A DNA stretch of 64,000 nt, from assembly GCA_963695875.1 (NCBI GenBank), contig CAVOID010000004.1:192001-256000 (forward strand). The letters are read 5' to 3'. Both the position numbers and the translations under genes were made by a program. Shown in pieces: positions 49,942-61,639 of this stretch. How positions within the stretch are numbered: position 1 is the stretch's first letter; every line of letters begins with the position of its first letter. The notes beneath the pieces are model-generated. The model was given only the letters and a program-made list of their open reading frames with translations. It was not told the origin of the DNA and did no database searches. The stretch comes from an uncultured delta proteobacterium (GTDB lineage: Bacteria; Desulfobacterota; Syntrophia; Syntrophales; UBA2185).

Positions 49942-50532
49942 ATGACGTTATTTTCGGCTACAGTCTTGCTGTTTCTGGTCATTGACCCCTTTGGGAATAT
50001 ACCGCTTTTTTTAGCTATCCTTAAAAATGTTGATTTCCGGAAGCACAAGAAAATAATCATACGAGAAATGCTGATCGCTCTGGTTGTTCTCGTTTTGTTC
50101 CTTTTTACCGGTCGATATATCCTTGGGTTTTTGGACATTTCCGAGCCTTCACTGAGTATTGCAGGGGGGATCATACTTTTTATGATTGCCTTAAAAATGA
50201 TCTTCCTCGGCTCGGAGAAAATGTTCGGCGATACCCCTGAAGGAGAACCTCTAATCGTTCCTCTCGCAACTCCTTTTGTCGCCGGCCCTTCTGCAATAGC
50301 AACGGTTTTGCTCCTCATGGCCAGGGAGCCGTCGCGATGGCCAGAATGGTTCATAGCCCTTATTTGCGCGTGGTTCCTTTCCGGAATCATTCTCCTGTTT
50401 TCGGACAACATCAGTAATATGGTTGGGGATAGAGTATTGACCGCCATTGAGCGTTTAATGGGCATGCTTTTAACCATGGTTGCCGTGGAGATGTTTGTAA
50501 AAGGTTTAAGACAATTATCTTTTCTTCATTAA
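49942..50532 (+). CDS. MarC family membrane protein
   Basis: DPFGN, IAGGIILF, VPLATP..AGP, ERLMGMLL. Confidence 0.94.
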   Translation: MTLFSATVLLFLVIDPFGNIPLFLAILKNVDFRKHKKIIIREMLIALVVLVLFLFTGRYILGFLDISEPSLSIAGGIILFMIALKMIFLGSEKMFGDTPEGEPLIVPLATPFVAGPSAIATVLLLMAREPSRWPEWFIALICAWFLSGIILLFSDNISNMVGDRVLTAIERLMGMLLTMVAVEMFVKGLRQLSFLH

Positions 50533-50709
50533 CCCCGTAGAGAAGGGCTGAAGAAACTATGAGATATATCGTCGAACTTCGTATTAACAAAAAAATGGAT
50601 AAAATCGATGAGCTATGGTAGAGAAAACTCTCAGATCTGGATATAATTATGGAAAGGCGCTTTGTCATCCCATCCCAAAAATAAGCTAGTGATAAGGGGG
50701 TTATAGCAA

Positions 50710-51534
50710 TTGAAAAGATATCTCGTGCTTTTTGTAATTGTTTATCTTGCATCCATCATGGGCTGTGCAACGACGGATGATGTGCGACGGGTTCGGGGGA
50801 AACTTGAATGGGACATGAGGTCCATAAAAGAGGAAAATGCCGGTGTCCGTAAGGATATGGATAACGTTAATGAATCAATGACAAACTTACGGAAGACGCT
50901 TGCAGACCTTAGTGCAGATATTACTGAGCTTAAAGGCAATATCCAGGCTTTAAGAGGGGAACAGGAAGTATTACAAAAAAACGTCTCTGCTTCAGTGGGG
51001 AAGGAAAGAGGAAGTGATGACATCAAGAAGAAGCTTGACAATATGTCCTCCCGGCTCAATCACGTAGAAAATGTACTTAAGATCAGGAAAAGTGAGGGTC
51101 AGTCGGAGGGTGCTGAAAAAGAAGTCAGGAGCGATTCAAAGGCTGCCTCAACCGGTAAAGCAGACAAAGAGTCGCTTTATGCGAAGGCCTACGAAACTTT
51201 TAAGGAAGGAAAGTATGACAAGGCAAGGACGGACTTCCAAAATTTTCTGAAGCAATTTCCCAACACGGAATATACTGAACGAGCCCAATTCTGGATCGGA
51301 GAGTGTTATTATTTTGATAAGAAATATGAAGAGGCTATCCTGGAATATGAGAAAGTGGTCAAGAACTATCCTAAAGGTAATAAAATATCCTCGGCATTGC
51401 TGAAGCAGGGACTTTCCTTTCTGATGCTGGGTGACAAAGCAAGTGCAAAACTCATATTACGGCAGGTCATAAAAAATTACCCCAACACCAGCCAGGCACG
51501 AATAGCAAAGGCAAAACTGGCAGGTATTAAATAG
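50710..51534 (+). CDS. cpoB: Tol-Pal system protein CpoB/YbgF (lipoprotein, coiled coil plus TPR)
   Basis: Signal peptide ending in MGC, coiled coil, AQFWIGECYY, ALLKQG, YP.T..A..A. Confidence 0.85.
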   Translation: MKRYLVLFVIVYLASIMGCATTDDVRRVRGKLEWDMRSIKEENAGVRKDMDNVNESMTNLRKTLADLSADITELKGNIQALRGEQEVLQKNVSASVGKERGSDDIKKKLDNMSSRLNHVENVLKIRKSEGQSEGAEKEVRSDSKAASTGKADKESLYAKAYETFKEGKYDKARTDFQNFLKQFPNTEYTERAQFWIGECYYFDKKYEEAILEYEKVVKNYPKGNKISSALLKQGLSFLMLGDKASAKLILRQVIKNYPNTSQARIAKAKLAGIK

Positions 51535-51576
51535 TTGCCAAATTGGTAACAGGCAACAGACAATTATATATTTACG

Positions 51577-53697
51577 CTAAGGTTTATGAACATTTAACAA
51601 CTTGAGCATCTCGTCTACATCCGTCGTCGGGCTGTGGCAGGTGAAATTGGTGCAGACATAGGCCGTGGCCCTGCCGTCCTGAAGAGGCTTAAGGTCTTTC
51701 GTGAATGGCGCTATGCTGACTATAGCAGATGCAGCATCATCCGGCGGACGGAGAAGGACAACCGTGTTGGGCAGATAGTGCTGTCTGATCGCACGCACCA
51801 TTTCTTCCGTGTCATCCGCACCGGCTCTGCCGGAAATCACGATTTCATAAGCGGGATATGTCAGAAAACCCACGGCAATCATTAATTGCGCATGTCCTGC
51901 GGGCACGCGATTGACGGCACCGGCAAAAGCACGGCTGATGGCTGCCGCCTGGGTTTCCAGTTCCTGCTTTCCGGTGAGCCGGGAAAGGCGGATCAGATTC
52001 AGCATGGCTACTGAATTTCCGGAAGGAACAGCGCCGTCATATATTTCTTTCTGACGCAGGATCAGGTTTTCGCCATCGTCCGGCGTGAAGTAGTATCCGC
52101 CGTTTTCCTCATCCCAGAAATGTTTCGTCAAATCTTCCTGAAGGCGCAGGGCCGTCTGAAGATGTGTAATGTCAAAGGATGCTTCGTAACACTCGATCAG
52201 CGCCCAGATCAGAAAGGCATAGTCATCGAGGTTGGCCGCAATTGCTGATTCTCCCTCCCTGTACCGGTGAAAAAGTCTTCCGTCCAGCTCGCGCATGTTC
52301 TTCAGGATAAAATTGAGGGCATTTTGTGCTACTTTAAGATACACCTTATCGGCGAAAACCTGGGCGCCCTTCGCCAGGGCGGCGATCATGAGGCCGTTCC
52401 AGTCGGTCAGGATTTTATCGTCTTTGTGGGGACGGACGCGTTCCTCACGAGCGGCGAAAAGCTTCAGCCGTATCGCCGCCAGCCGCTGGCGAAGCGATTC
52501 TTCGGAAATGCCCAGAGATGCTGCAAGTTCGGAAGCCGGCTTCTCCAGGTGAAGAATGTTGTATCCTGTTTTTCCTCCTGCTAAATGATCGACAAAATTT
52601 CCCGCCTTTTCCACCTGAAACACCCTTATCGCCAGTTCCGCCTCAGACGGCTCCAGCAGCTTCTTTATTTCATCATACTTCCAGAGATAATATTTCCCCT
52701 CTTCTCCTTCCGTGTCCGCGTCTTCGGCGGCGCAAAACCCTCCTGTCCGCGACTTCATATCGCGCATGATGTAGTTAAATATTTCGCAGGCCGTTCTTTT
52801 AAACAATTCCTCTCCCGTGGCCTGATAAGCCTCGGTGTAGGCCATAGCCAGCATGGCCTGATCGTAGAGCATCTTTTCGAAATGTGGTACCAGCCATTTC
52901 TCGTCCGTACTGTACCGGTGGAAACCAAAACCCACATGGTCATAAATACCGCCGCAGCGCATGGCACGCAATGTCTGTACAGCCATCTCCAGTGCCTTCT
53001 TTTTGCCGCTCCATTTCCCGTAGCGAAGAAGATACAGCAGTTGATGGGGCATGGGAAATTTAGGTGCCGGACCAAATCCTCCCCATTTGTCGTCAAACAT
53101 TCCTTTCAGCTCTTCATATGCCTTATCGAGAATATCTTTCGAAATGGATTCGTCCCTTGCTTCCGGCTCTTTCTGCCTTAATGCGGCTACGATCTGTGCG
53201 GCCGACTGCAAAATATCGTCGTGCCGATCCTTCCATACCTCCTGGATTTTGGGGATTATATCCAGCATACCGATTCTTCCGAACCGGCTCTCCCGGGGGA
53301 TGTATGTTGCCGCAAAGAAAGGCTGCATCTCCGGGGTCATCACAATGGTCAGCGGCCATCCTCCTGATCCTGTCATTGTCTGGCATGCATGCATGTAAAC
53401 CTTATCAATATCCGGCCGTTCCTCACGGTCGACCTTGATGCAAACAAAGACTTCGTTTAAAAGCCTGGCGACATCAGCATCCTCGAAGGACTCGTGGGCC
53501 ATGACATGGCACCAGTGGCAGGTGGAATACCCTATGGAAAGAAAAACCGGCTTATTTTCTTTACGCGCTTTCTCAAATGCCTCCTCACACCACGGGTACC
53601 AGTCGACAGGATTGTAGGCGTGCTGGAGCAGATACGGACTCTTCTCGTGAATCAGGCGATTTGGAATATTTCCGGCCGTATCTTGATTTTTGTCCAT
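51577..53697 (-). CDS. YyaL/DUF255 thioredoxin plus six-hairpin glycosidase-like protein
   Basis: [51 protein letters not shown]. Confidence 0.95.
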   Translation of the reverse strand: MDKNQDTAGNIPNRLIHEKSPYLLQHAYNPVDWYPWCEEAFEKARKENKPVFLSIGYSTCHWCHVMAHESFEDADVARLLNEVFVCIKVDREERPDIDKVYMHACQTMTGSGGWPLTIVMTPEMQPFFAATYIPRESRFGRIGMLDIIPKIQEVWKDRHDDILQSAAQIVAALRQKEPEARDESISKDILDKAYEELKGMFDDKWGGFGPAPKFPMPHQLLYLLRYGKWSGKKKALEMAVQTLRAMRCGGIYDHVGFGFHRYSTDEKWLVPHFEKMLYDQAMLAMAYTEAYQATGEELFKRTACEIFNYIMRDMKSRTGGFCAAEDADTEGEEGKYYLWKYDEIKKLLEPSEAELAIRVFQVEKAGNFVDHLAGGKTGYNILHLEKPASELAASLGISEESLRQRLAAIRLKLFAAREERVRPHKDDKILTDWNGLMIAALAKGAQVFADKVYLKVAQNALNFILKNMRELDGRLFHRYREGESAIAANLDDYAFLIWALIECYEASFDITHLQTALRLQEDLTKHFWDEENGGYYFTPDDGENLILRQKEIYDGAVPSGNSVAMLNLIRLSRLTGKQELETQAAAISRAFAGAVNRVPAGHAQLMIAVGFLTYPAYEIVISGRAGADDTEEMVRAIRQHYLPNTVVLLRPPDDAASAIVSIAPFTKDLKPLQDGRATAYVCTNFTCHSPTTDVDEMLKLLNVHKP

Positions 53698-53710
53698 AAG
53701 CGATTTCCCA

Positions 53711-54592
53711 TTATCTCATCGGTTCAGCGGTTTTCTGCGCATCGGACTGAATTCGAATAACTTCGGTCGACACTTTTCCATTTTTCACTCTCACAACAAT
53801 GAAATGATATGAATGCTCACCGAAAGCAATCTTTGCATGAAGCGGAGCAGCGGCACCTCCGGTGATTATATATTTCACGCCCTTAATTTCATCCTGAGCA
53901 TAGAGGTGCAGGTGACTGAAAAAAGCAACGGAGACTTTTTTCTCCGCCATGATCTGCATGAGTCTGTCTGCCCCCTTTGAGAAACAATGACTATGTTGCC
54001 ATTTTGGAGTTTTCGGCGGTATATGCATGATCACAAATTTATATTTCCTTGGTGATGTCAGTTGCTCCTCCAAATAATTCAACTGTACCGGAGTCAGTTC
54101 ATACAGGGAATTGTCCAGGACTACAATCTTTATCCCCAGTTTCTTAATATCTAAAACATAATTCAGCGGCCCTATCTTTTCCTGAAATATTGTTTTACCA
54201 TGAGAAGTTTTAATATTATTCGTAAGTTCGTGGTTACCTATGACAACAAAAATCGGCGTGTCAGGTAAATTGGTTTCCGCGATGTCGAGGAAGTGATTAA
54301 ATTTTTTTTCCCTGCCTGTAAAGACGGTATCTCCGCCGTGCAGGATGAAGAGAGGACTTAGTTTGGCTGCAGCAATAAGGAGTCTCTTAAATATTTCATC
54401 ATTATCCCTGCTATCACCCATGACGATAAATGTAAAATCGTCAGGAGATACTGTCTGAAGATTGCTTTCGAGCTTATGGAGGGAACGTTCAAAGAGAGTT
54501 GAGGAATGACAAGTCAAAGGCCAGGCAAAGCCGAGCAGAATAACCGGCAATATTATGAGGGAAATTAAACGATAACGGATTGAAATTCTCAT
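53711..54592 (-). CDS. Exported calcineurin-like metallophosphoesterase
   Basis: GDSR, GGD, GNHE, LDN, HIP, SHLH, TGG. N-terminal signal/TM segment. Confidence 0.88.
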   Translation of the reverse strand: MRISIRYRLISLIILPVILLGFAWPLTCHSSTLFERSLHKLESNLQTVSPDDFTFIVMGDSRDNDEIFKRLLIAAAKLSPLFILHGGDTVFTGREKKFNHFLDIAETNLPDTPIFVVIGNHELTNNIKTSHGKTIFQEKIGPLNYVLDIKKLGIKIVVLDNSLYELTPVQLNYLEEQLTSPRKYKFVIMHIPPKTPKWQHSHCFSKGADRLMQIMAEKKVSVAFFSHLHLYAQDEIKGVKYIITGGAAAPLHAKIAFGEHSYHFIVVRVKNGKVSTEVIRIQSDAQKTAEPMR

Positions 54593-54741
54593 ATTTATGA
54601 CCTTTCCTCAAAAAGCTTCGTCAAAACTCTCAAACCGTGCGTTATTTCAGGTCCTAAATGGAACCGGATGAACAGTTAACTCCAAGAAGGAATATCCCGG
54701 CGTGAGGCGAGCTTCCCGGATAAAGGATCGGGTAGAAGTTC

Positions 54742-56796
54742 TCACTTTACTAATACCTTTGCAATCTGGACCACATGCTCGGAGGTAATGCCAAATTTCT
54801 CATAGAGAATCTTATATGGTGCACTTGCCCCAAATCTGTCCATTCCCACAACCACCCCTTCGAGCCCCACATAATGCTCCCAGCCCAGCTTTATGCCCGC
54901 TTCTACCGCAATCCTGACTCTGACATCGGGAGGGAGCACATGATCACGATATTCCACCGGCTGAGCGTCAAAGATTTCCCAGCTCGGAAGAGAGACGATC
55001 CTTACCTTAAAGCCTTCAGACGATAGAGTTCTCCCTGCTTCCACTGTTATAGATACTTCTGACCCGGTACCGATCAAAATAATATCAGGTTTACCGGAGA
55101 CGGATTCCCAGAGAATGTACCCACCCCTCTGGAGACCGCTTGCCGGTGAAAATTCTGTCCCGCTTAAAACTGGAAGATTCTGGCGGGTAAAAATCAGTGC
55201 GGTAGGGCCATGCTGATTAAGGAGTGCTGCCTTCCATGCCTCCGCAGTTTCTCCGGCGTCAGCGGGACGGATAACGGTTAAATTCGGTACAGCACGCAGA
55301 CTCATTATCTGTTCTATGGGTTGATGCGTGGGACCATCTTCCCCGAGACCGATACTATCATGGGTAAAGACAAAAATGATCCGGAGCCCCATGAGGGACG
55401 CTAGGCGCATGGGGGGCCGCATGTAATCGGAGAACGTCAAGAATGTCGCTGTATAGGGAATGAATCCTCCGTGGATGGCCATACCGACAGCAATGGCACC
55501 CATGGCGTGTTCCCGCACACCGAAGTGTATATTACGTCCTCTGTAACCCCATTCACCGCCAACAGCCCCCTGAACATTTCCATGCGCCGGGTTAGGCTTC
55601 TGAAAATCACCGAAACTCTTGAGCCAGGTAAATGTGGACGGGTTAAGGTCTGCTGAGCCTCCCATAAGCTCCGGCAAAAGAGGGGCAAGGGTCTGCATGA
55701 CGGTTTCTGATGCCTTGCGGGTTGCTATATCCTTGGATCCGTCGGGAAACATCGGAAGCTGTAGCTCCCATCCGTCGGGAAGCTTTCCGTTCATGACGCT
55801 CGTGAATTCGACAGCCAAATCATGAAATTCGTCGCGATACCGGTTGAAGGTCTGTTCCCATTCTGCCTCCCATGCACGGCCGCGTTCCATGGATTTACGA
55901 AGAAAGGAAAGTACATCATCAGGGATTAAAAATGCAGGTTCGGTGGGCCAGTTAAGAAAATTCTTTGCTGCCAGCACCTCCTGCGGACCAAGGGGTGAAC
56001 CGTGGACTTCAAATGTTCCCTGTTTATGGGGCGCTCCATACCCGATGGTAGTGCGGACAAAAATAATCGAGGGACGGGTCGTCTCCGCCCTTGCATCTTT
56101 TATGGCACGATCAATTGAGGCAATGTCGTTTCCGTCTTCCACGTGCAACACGTGCCACCTGTAGGCCTCAAACCGTTTTCCAGTGTCTTCTGTAAAAGAA
56201 AGTGACGTTGATCCGGCAAGGGAAATGCGGTTGTCGTCATAGAGAACTATAAGTTTGCCGAGACCAAGGTGCCCGGCGAGAGAGCATGATTCAGATGCAA
56301 CACCTTCCATCAGGTCACCGTCACTGGCGAATACATACGTGAAATGATCGATGATCCTATGACCGGGTCGATTATATCGCGCTTCAATGTGGGCCTCCGC
56401 AATGGCCATACCGACGGCATTACTGAGACCTTGACCGAGTGGTCCTGTGGTCACCTCAACACCGCAGTTACAATCCCGTTCCGGGTGGCCGGGTGTTTTG
56501 CTTCCCCACTGGCGGAATGACTCCAGATCAGAGAGAGACAGGTCGTAGCCGGTAAGATGGAGCAGGGAATACAGGAGCATTGACCCATGCCCTGCCGAGA
56601 GAACAAAGCGATCCCGATCGGCCCACAGGGGATTCGCGGGATTGTGTTTCAGGTGCCTTGTCCAGAGGGTATAGGCCATCGCCGCTGCGCCCATGGGCAT
56701 ACCGGGGTGCCCTGATTTTGCTTTCTCCACGGCATCGGCTGACAGGAACCGTATGGTATTTATGCATCTTTCTTCCAGGATTTTCTGATCAGTCAT
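54742..56796 (-). CDS. tkt: Transketolase
   Basis: [57 protein letters not shown]. Confidence 0.98.
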   Translation of the reverse strand: MTDQKILEERCINTIRFLSADAVEKAKSGHPGMPMGAAAMAYTLWTRHLKHNPANPLWADRDRFVLSAGHGSMLLYSLLHLTGYDLSLSDLESFRQWGSKTPGHPERDCNCGVEVTTGPLGQGLSNAVGMAIAEAHIEARYNRPGHRIIDHFTYVFASDGDLMEGVASESCSLAGHLGLGKLIVLYDDNRISLAGSTSLSFTEDTGKRFEAYRWHVLHVEDGNDIASIDRAIKDARAETTRPSIIFVRTTIGYGAPHKQGTFEVHGSPLGPQEVLAAKNFLNWPTEPAFLIPDDVLSFLRKSMERGRAWEAEWEQTFNRYRDEFHDLAVEFTSVMNGKLPDGWELQLPMFPDGSKDIATRKASETVMQTLAPLLPELMGGSADLNPSTFTWLKSFGDFQKPNPAHGNVQGAVGGEWGYRGRNIHFGVREHAMGAIAVGMAIHGGFIPYTATFLTFSDYMRPPMRLASLMGLRIIFVFTHDSIGLGEDGPTHQPIEQIMSLRAVPNLTVIRPADAGETAEAWKAALLNQHGPTALIFTRQNLPVLSGTEFSPASGLQRGGYILWESVSGKPDIILIGTGSEVSITVEAGRTLSSEGFKVRIVSLPSWEIFDAQPVEYRDHVLPPDVRVRIAVEAGIKLGWEHYVGLEGVVVGMDRFGASAPYKILYEKFGITSEHVVQIAKVLVK

Positions 56797-57030
56797 TTTG
56801 CATCTCCATTGGTCATCAAGATTTTCCTTACCGCGAGGCAGGCAGTACATTCGACGGTTCCGCAGTTTATATAACAACAAAAATATTAAGACAAGTAGAT
56901 TAGGAAAAATAAATATGTCGCAAAACTTGACAAGGGCATATTTTTTACATAAAAAGTTGACTCAGGCGAGTTCCATTCAGTGAAACATCGGGAATAAATT
57001 TTCCTCTCAAATGCTTATATATACTTAAGT

Positions 57031-57636
57031 ATGTCCATTACAATTACAGGATTATCCAAACTTTACGGAAAGTTTAAAGCCCTGTCGGAGATCGATCTGA
57101 ATATCCGGACTGGTCAATCCGTCGGTCTTGTCGGTCTCAATGGTGCGGGGGAAACGACATTGCTGAAGACAATTGTGGGACTTATCGTTAACTTTGATGG
57201 AGAGGTTTTGATAAATAATCAGGCGGTTAACGACCGGGATGCAAAATCAAACATATCCTTTCTGCCTGAGGTCTTTGCCGTATTTTTTATGAGCTACAGA
57301 ACTGATTCCGACGGACGCTTAATTTTCGGTTACTTAGACGAGTCGCAAGACAAATTTCCTGATGATTGGAAACTACCCTGGCAGGCTTCTTACGTGGCAA
57401 AGATGAGATTCAAGGATAACGACGTTGCATATCATTATGCCCTCAAGGCGGCAAAAGCCCCATATGCCCCTCCCATTGTGCGCGTACTTCCCGCAATATT
57501 AGAACGAAACCTCGGGAATATCGAGACCGCATATACATATTTGACCACTTTACTAGACTATTCAATAGATTCCAAAGAGATAGAGGCAATAAACGAAGAG
57601 CTAAAAAAGTTAGATAAAAAAGTCTCTCCAAAATAA
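57031..57636 (+). pseudogene. Chimeric ORF: ABC ATPase N-terminal third fused to an unrelated TPR-like C-terminus
   Basis: Walker A degenerate (GLNGAGETT) and Q-loop FLPE present. Signature and Walker B absent, replaced by the helical PDDWKLPW..A...A.KAAKAP.APP segment. Confidence 0.6.
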
Positions 57637-57776
57637 ATTAGTCATTGTTTATGCCTTTGAATAAATCTGGACATTCAACAAGAAGTATGAGCATATATAG
57701 ACTAAATAGAAATTATTGCTTATTCGGCAAAAGATTTTTAAATAAAGTTATTTAACTTTATGAGGAGGCAAAGACC

Positions 57777-57977
57777 ATGTTTGAAGGTCTATTTCAGCCA
57801 ATGCACCTTCTGGTGATATTGGTTATCGTTCTGATTATCTTCGGGCCAGGTAAACTTCCTGAACTGGGAAATTCCCTGGGCAGGGCCATAAAAGGCTTTA
57901 AGAAGGCCATGTCAGAGCCGGAAGAGAAATCAGGAAATATCTCAGAATCAAAGAAGATCGAAGAGAAAAAAGAATAA
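57777..57977 (+). CDS. tatA: Twin-arginine translocase TatA/E
   Basis: [20 protein letters not shown]. Confidence 0.95.
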   Translation: MFEGLFQPMHLLVILVIVLIIFGPGKLPELGNSLGRAIKGFKKAMSEPEEKSGNISESKKIEEKKE

Positions 57978-57996
57978 ACGGAACATCTGGATCTTC

Positions 57997-58737
57997 TTGA
58001 TGAATGGACGTTTTGTTTTTAGAATAGTACCTTTACTCCTCATTATCGTTCTATCAACCTATCTTTTTATTCACTACGACCTGTATACCTTCTTCATAGA
58101 TAAGAATAAACTTATCACTTTTATCCATTCTCAACCGTATGATGAACTTGTCTTCATCTTCCTTCAGATCCTGCAGGTGGTAGCAGCCCCGATACCCGGG
58201 GAAGTGACCGGCCTTATCGGCGGGTTCCTGTATGGTCCCGTCATGGGTACGGTTTACTCTACTATTGGTCTCACCATCGGTTCCTGGCTGGCCTTTGCCC
58301 TTGCCAGGTTTTTCGGCTTGCCCCTTGTCGAGAAGGTTGTGAGGCCAGCGATTATTGATAAATACGATTACTTTCTGGAGCACCGGGGATTGTTTGTCTC
58401 CTTTCTCCTCTTTCTTATTCCCGGTTTTCCCAAAGATTACCTGTGCTATATCATGGGCCTAAGCCACATGAAGACAATGCATTTTTTGGGTATTTCGACG
58501 GTTGGGCGTTTACTCGGTACGGTATTGCTGTCCGTGAGCGGCAGTTGTGCCCGCAATAACCAGTACATGGCACTTTTGATTATCGCCGGCGCCAGCTTTA
58601 TTTTTATCACAGTTGCCTATTATTACCGGGACAAATGGCTCGAAGCATTGAAAAAAAGGCATATAATATCAGAAAACCCCCAGAAACCGCACCCTGATCA
58701 GAATCAACGTGAAAATCAGGAAAAACCTCAAAGCTGA
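57997..58737 (+). CDS. TVP38/TMEM64 (VTT/DedA) family membrane protein
   Basis: QVVAAPIPGE, GFLYG, LIPGFPKD.LCY..GL, GR. Confidence 0.9.
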   Translation: MMNGRFVFRIVPLLLIIVLSTYLFIHYDLYTFFIDKNKLITFIHSQPYDELVFIFLQILQVVAAPIPGEVTGLIGGFLYGPVMGTVYSTIGLTIGSWLAFALARFFGLPLVEKVVRPAIIDKYDYFLEHRGLFVSFLLFLIPGFPKDYLCYIMGLSHMKTMHFLGISTVGRLLGTVLLSVSGSCARNNQYMALLIIAGASFIFITVAYYYRDKWLEALKKRHIISENPQKPHPDQNQRENQEKPQS

Positions 58738-58836
58738 CCATACTTTTACAATTACCCTTAGGGCTTGACACACAAGCGTTCTTGACCTATCTTCAAAAAG
58801 ATTTTACAGGAATTAAATTACATACAAGGAGGCACC

Positions 58837-58965
58837 ATGGGAGGGCACAAGAAAATAGAACGAATGAAAGAGATTGACCGTAAAAGGCGCAGAAGAAAAA
58901 AGAGTCTGAAACTTAGAGCCAAACAGCGCATGCAGCAGCCTAAACCTGCACAAAAAACAAAATAA
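58837..58965 (+). CDS. 42-aa highly basic protein of unknown function
   Basis: Strong AAGGAGG RBS. MGGHKKIERMKEIDRKRRRRKKSLKLRAKQRMQQPKPAQKTK fills the gap before the patatin gene. Not in the ORF track. Confidence 0.72.
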   Translation: MGGHKKIERMKEIDRKRRRRKKSLKLRAKQRMQQPKPAQKTK

Positions 58966-58976
58966 ATATTCAGAAA

Positions 58977-59906
58977 ATGAAATTGAGGAGAAAACGTATT
59001 GGTCTTGCCCTTGGAGGTGGGGGGGCCCGTGGGCTCTGCTATATTGGCGTATTAAGAGTATTTGAACAGGAAGGTATTCCTATAGATGTTATTGCGGGAA
59101 CAAGTATTGGTGCTCTGATAGGCGGAGCTTATGCCTGTGGCATATCATCTGACGAACTGGAGCGAAAAGTTCAGGATTATGTCAACAGCGCAGAATTCAA
59201 ATCTTCGGCTATTAAAACCATGTCAGATGCATATGGCGGGGAGCAGGAAGATCTGAGACAGAAGATTCAGAGTTTTTTAAAAAATCAGTTCTATATCATC
59301 CAGATGTTGTTCAAACCCGGTATACTTTCAATTGATGATTTCCAGTCCATGATTGACTATTTCATTCCGGACGTACTAATTCAAAACACCCTTATCCCAT
59401 TTCGTGCTGTGGCAACGGACCTGATTACAGGCGATCAAGTTGTTTTTTCTGAAGGATCTCTGAGGCAGGCCGTGATGGCAAGTTGTGCTGTTCCCGGGGT
59501 TATAGAACCCGTAATAGATGGGAAAAGACTTCTCTCTGACGGCGGTATCATCAGTATGATACCAGTCAATATTGTAAAGAGGGAAGGCGCCGATATTGTA
59601 ATTGCCGTAGCCGGAGATCGTGACACGCGCACAGATGATGAATTAAAAACAGTAAAAGATATTTACTACCGGGCCTCTGAAATAACATCCATTAAACTGG
59701 AAAAGTATGAATTGATGGAGGCGGATATCGTTATCAGACCCGACGTGAAGAATTTACATTGGACCGGATTTTCCCAGGCCATGGACCTGATTAAGGAAGG
59801 TGAAAAGGCAGCAAAGGAAATGCTTTCCGATATCCGGAATAAAAGGTCCTTTTTTAAAACATTGGTAAACTCCATCAAGACATTAGCATCCCACGCAAAT
59901 AACTGA
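58977..59906 (+). CDS. Patatin-like phospholipase (RssA/NTE family)
   Basis: LGGGGARG, GTSIG, ASCAVPG, DGG. Confidence 0.94.
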   Translation: MKLRRKRIGLALGGGGARGLCYIGVLRVFEQEGIPIDVIAGTSIGALIGGAYACGISSDELERKVQDYVNSAEFKSSAIKTMSDAYGGEQEDLRQKIQSFLKNQFYIIQMLFKPGILSIDDFQSMIDYFIPDVLIQNTLIPFRAVATDLITGDQVVFSEGSLRQAVMASCAVPGVIEPVIDGKRLLSDGGIISMIPVNIVKREGADIVIAVAGDRDTRTDDELKTVKDIYYRASEITSIKLEKYELMEADIVIRPDVKNLHWTGFSQAMDLIKEGEKAAKEMLSDIRNKRSFFKTLVNSIKTLASHANN

Positions 59907-59967
59907 ACAAAGCACGCAGGACGAATTGGGTCATGTTGCTTTTACGAGGCACATTATGCGTGCGATA

Positions 59968-60600
59968 CTATGGTACAGCCACTACTATGATATTGAAAAT
60001 CGAGTTCCAGGTCAAAGGCTTGCAGACTGTCTTGCCCCCCAACCGGGCTGCTAATTGCTGCGCCTCCCTCTGATAATTTGAAGCAAAATAAATTGTATTT
60101 ACCGTGAAATCTTTGCGAGGACCTAATTCTATGTCTGCAACCTTGTAGCCCATCCTGATTAGTTTCTTTGACATTTCCCGTGCAGAAGACAATTTGCCGT
60201 TTCCGCTTAATACTTTCACTTTAAGAGTCTTAATATCGATCTCTTTTCCTTGAATAGCAGGCTGTTCTTCGGTTGTTTTCTTTTTTTCAGCTTTACTTTC
60301 TATGGCTTCCTCTTGAATCTGTTGCTCAGCAACGGTACCAGTCTGGGCCGTCAGGGAGTCCTTTTCCAGCACCGCCTCTTCCTCTTCCTTTTGTGCCTCT
60401 TCTTTGAGCTGCTGCACCTCTTTTTTCAGCGTATCGAGCTGCTTATTTAAATCTGTCAACTGGTCATTGAGATGGGCTATCGATGCCTTGGACCTTTCCA
60501 AATCATCTCTTGAACTCTTATCAAAAAAACCTAACGTGGAGCAGCCTGACATCGCCAAACAAAATACCAGGGTAAAGATATATAAAGCTCTCGTATACAT
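59968..60600 (-). CDS. Lipoprotein with coiled coil and LytR C-terminal domain
   Basis: Lipobox ..SGC, VKVLSGNG, L...GY, TIYF. Confidence 0.75.
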   Translation of the reverse strand: MYTRALYIFTLVFCLAMSGCSTLGFFDKSSRDDLERSKASIAHLNDQLTDLNKQLDTLKKEVQQLKEEAQKEEEEAVLEKDSLTAQTGTVAEQQIQEEAIESKAEKKKTTEEQPAIQGKEIDIKTLKVKVLSGNGKLSSAREMSKKLIRMGYKVADIELGPRKDFTVNTIYFASNYQREAQQLAARLGGKTVCKPLTWNSIFNIIVVAVP

Positions 60601-60622
60601 TGTTCACCTCCCCTATGTACTG

Positions 60623-61639
60623 TTAAAGTCTTGCATTGTTAAAACCGTACCATGCTGCACCCATAAGGGCAACTTTGGGATTAAGGATAACGAAAACGGG
60701 CATCTGTAAAAGAAGGTCAGCCATACGCCCTTTATTACGGAAAGATTTCATAAGCTGTCCGTTTTCCAGGTACGGCAGTATACGCCGGGGAATACCTCCT
60801 CCTATGTAAACCCCGTTTGTGGCGAGTACTCTGAGGGCCATATTACCTGCTTCTGCTCCCAAAATGGAAGCAAAAAGATTGAGTGCAATCACACAGAGAT
60901 CACACGCGTTCTCATGATCTAAAGCTGCACTTACGATGACCGGCACAGGGTCCTTTTCCTGGGCCAACTTATCAGAGAGCCATGATGGTTCCTCGCCACA
61001 GCACCTCTCGCGGAGAAAATAATAGATATTTAATATTCCTAATCCCGAGCAGACACTTTCATAACTGACATGGCCAAGTTTCTCTTGAAGGTAACTCAGC
61101 AGTTCCCTCTGAAGATCATTGTTTGGAGCAAAATCCGCATGACCGCCCTCCGAGGCATGTCCTTGGTATCGCACCCCATCCCATGTAAGGTATGCCTCGC
61201 CAAGGCCGGTACCCGGAGCGATGATTGCCATATTTCCTCCGGAAACCGACCGGCCTTCGTTTAAGGTATGGAGATCTGATGATTCAAGGAGGGGTACAGC
61301 AAAAGCAATGGCCGCCAGATCATTCAGCAGTCTGACAGACGAGAGGTTCAGTTCCTGGCGCAGCTGTTTTTCATCTATTATCCACGGCAGGTTAGTAACT
61401 CTGACCACACCTTCCACAACGGGTCCTGCTACGCCGAAGCAGGCTGCATCCGCAGGGATATTCACTCCATTGAGAAAATCCCTGACAATGGTTACGAGGT
61501 CCGGAAATTGTGCGCTCACAAAGTCTGCCTCGGCCAGAGGTAGACGTATACCCTTCTCACGGGAAAAAATACCCAGGTGAGTCTTTGTTCCACCAATGTC
61601 ACCGGCAAGTAGTAGGTTCATTTTTTTATCCAAGTTCAC
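60623..61639 (-). CDS. glk: Glucokinase
   Basis: GDIGGTKT, GVAGPV, TNLPW, LLND, APGTGLG, SEGGH, GGGI. Confidence 0.96.
   Translation of the reverse strand: MNLDKKMNLLLAGDIGGTKTHLGIFSREKGIRLPLAEADFVSAQFPDLVTIVRDFLNGVNIPADAACFGVAGPVVEGVVRVTNLPWIIDEKQLRQELNLSSVRLLNDLAAIAFAVPLLESSDLHTLNEGRSVSGGNMAIIAPGTGLGEAYLTWDGVRYQGHASEGGHADFAPNNDLQRELLSYLQEKLGHVSYESVCSGLGILNIYYFLRERCCGEEPSWLSDKLAQEKDPVPVIVSAALDHENACDLCVIALNLFASILGAEAGNMALRVLATNGVYIGGGIPRRILPYLENGQLMKSFRNKGRMADLLLQMPVFVILNPKVALMGAAWYGFNNARL

Noticed and set aside
54630..54735. SRP RNA, TPP or c-di-AMP riboswitch
   Set aside because: Only short partial word matches (TCAGGTCC, CAGTTAACTCC). The required conserved cores are missing.
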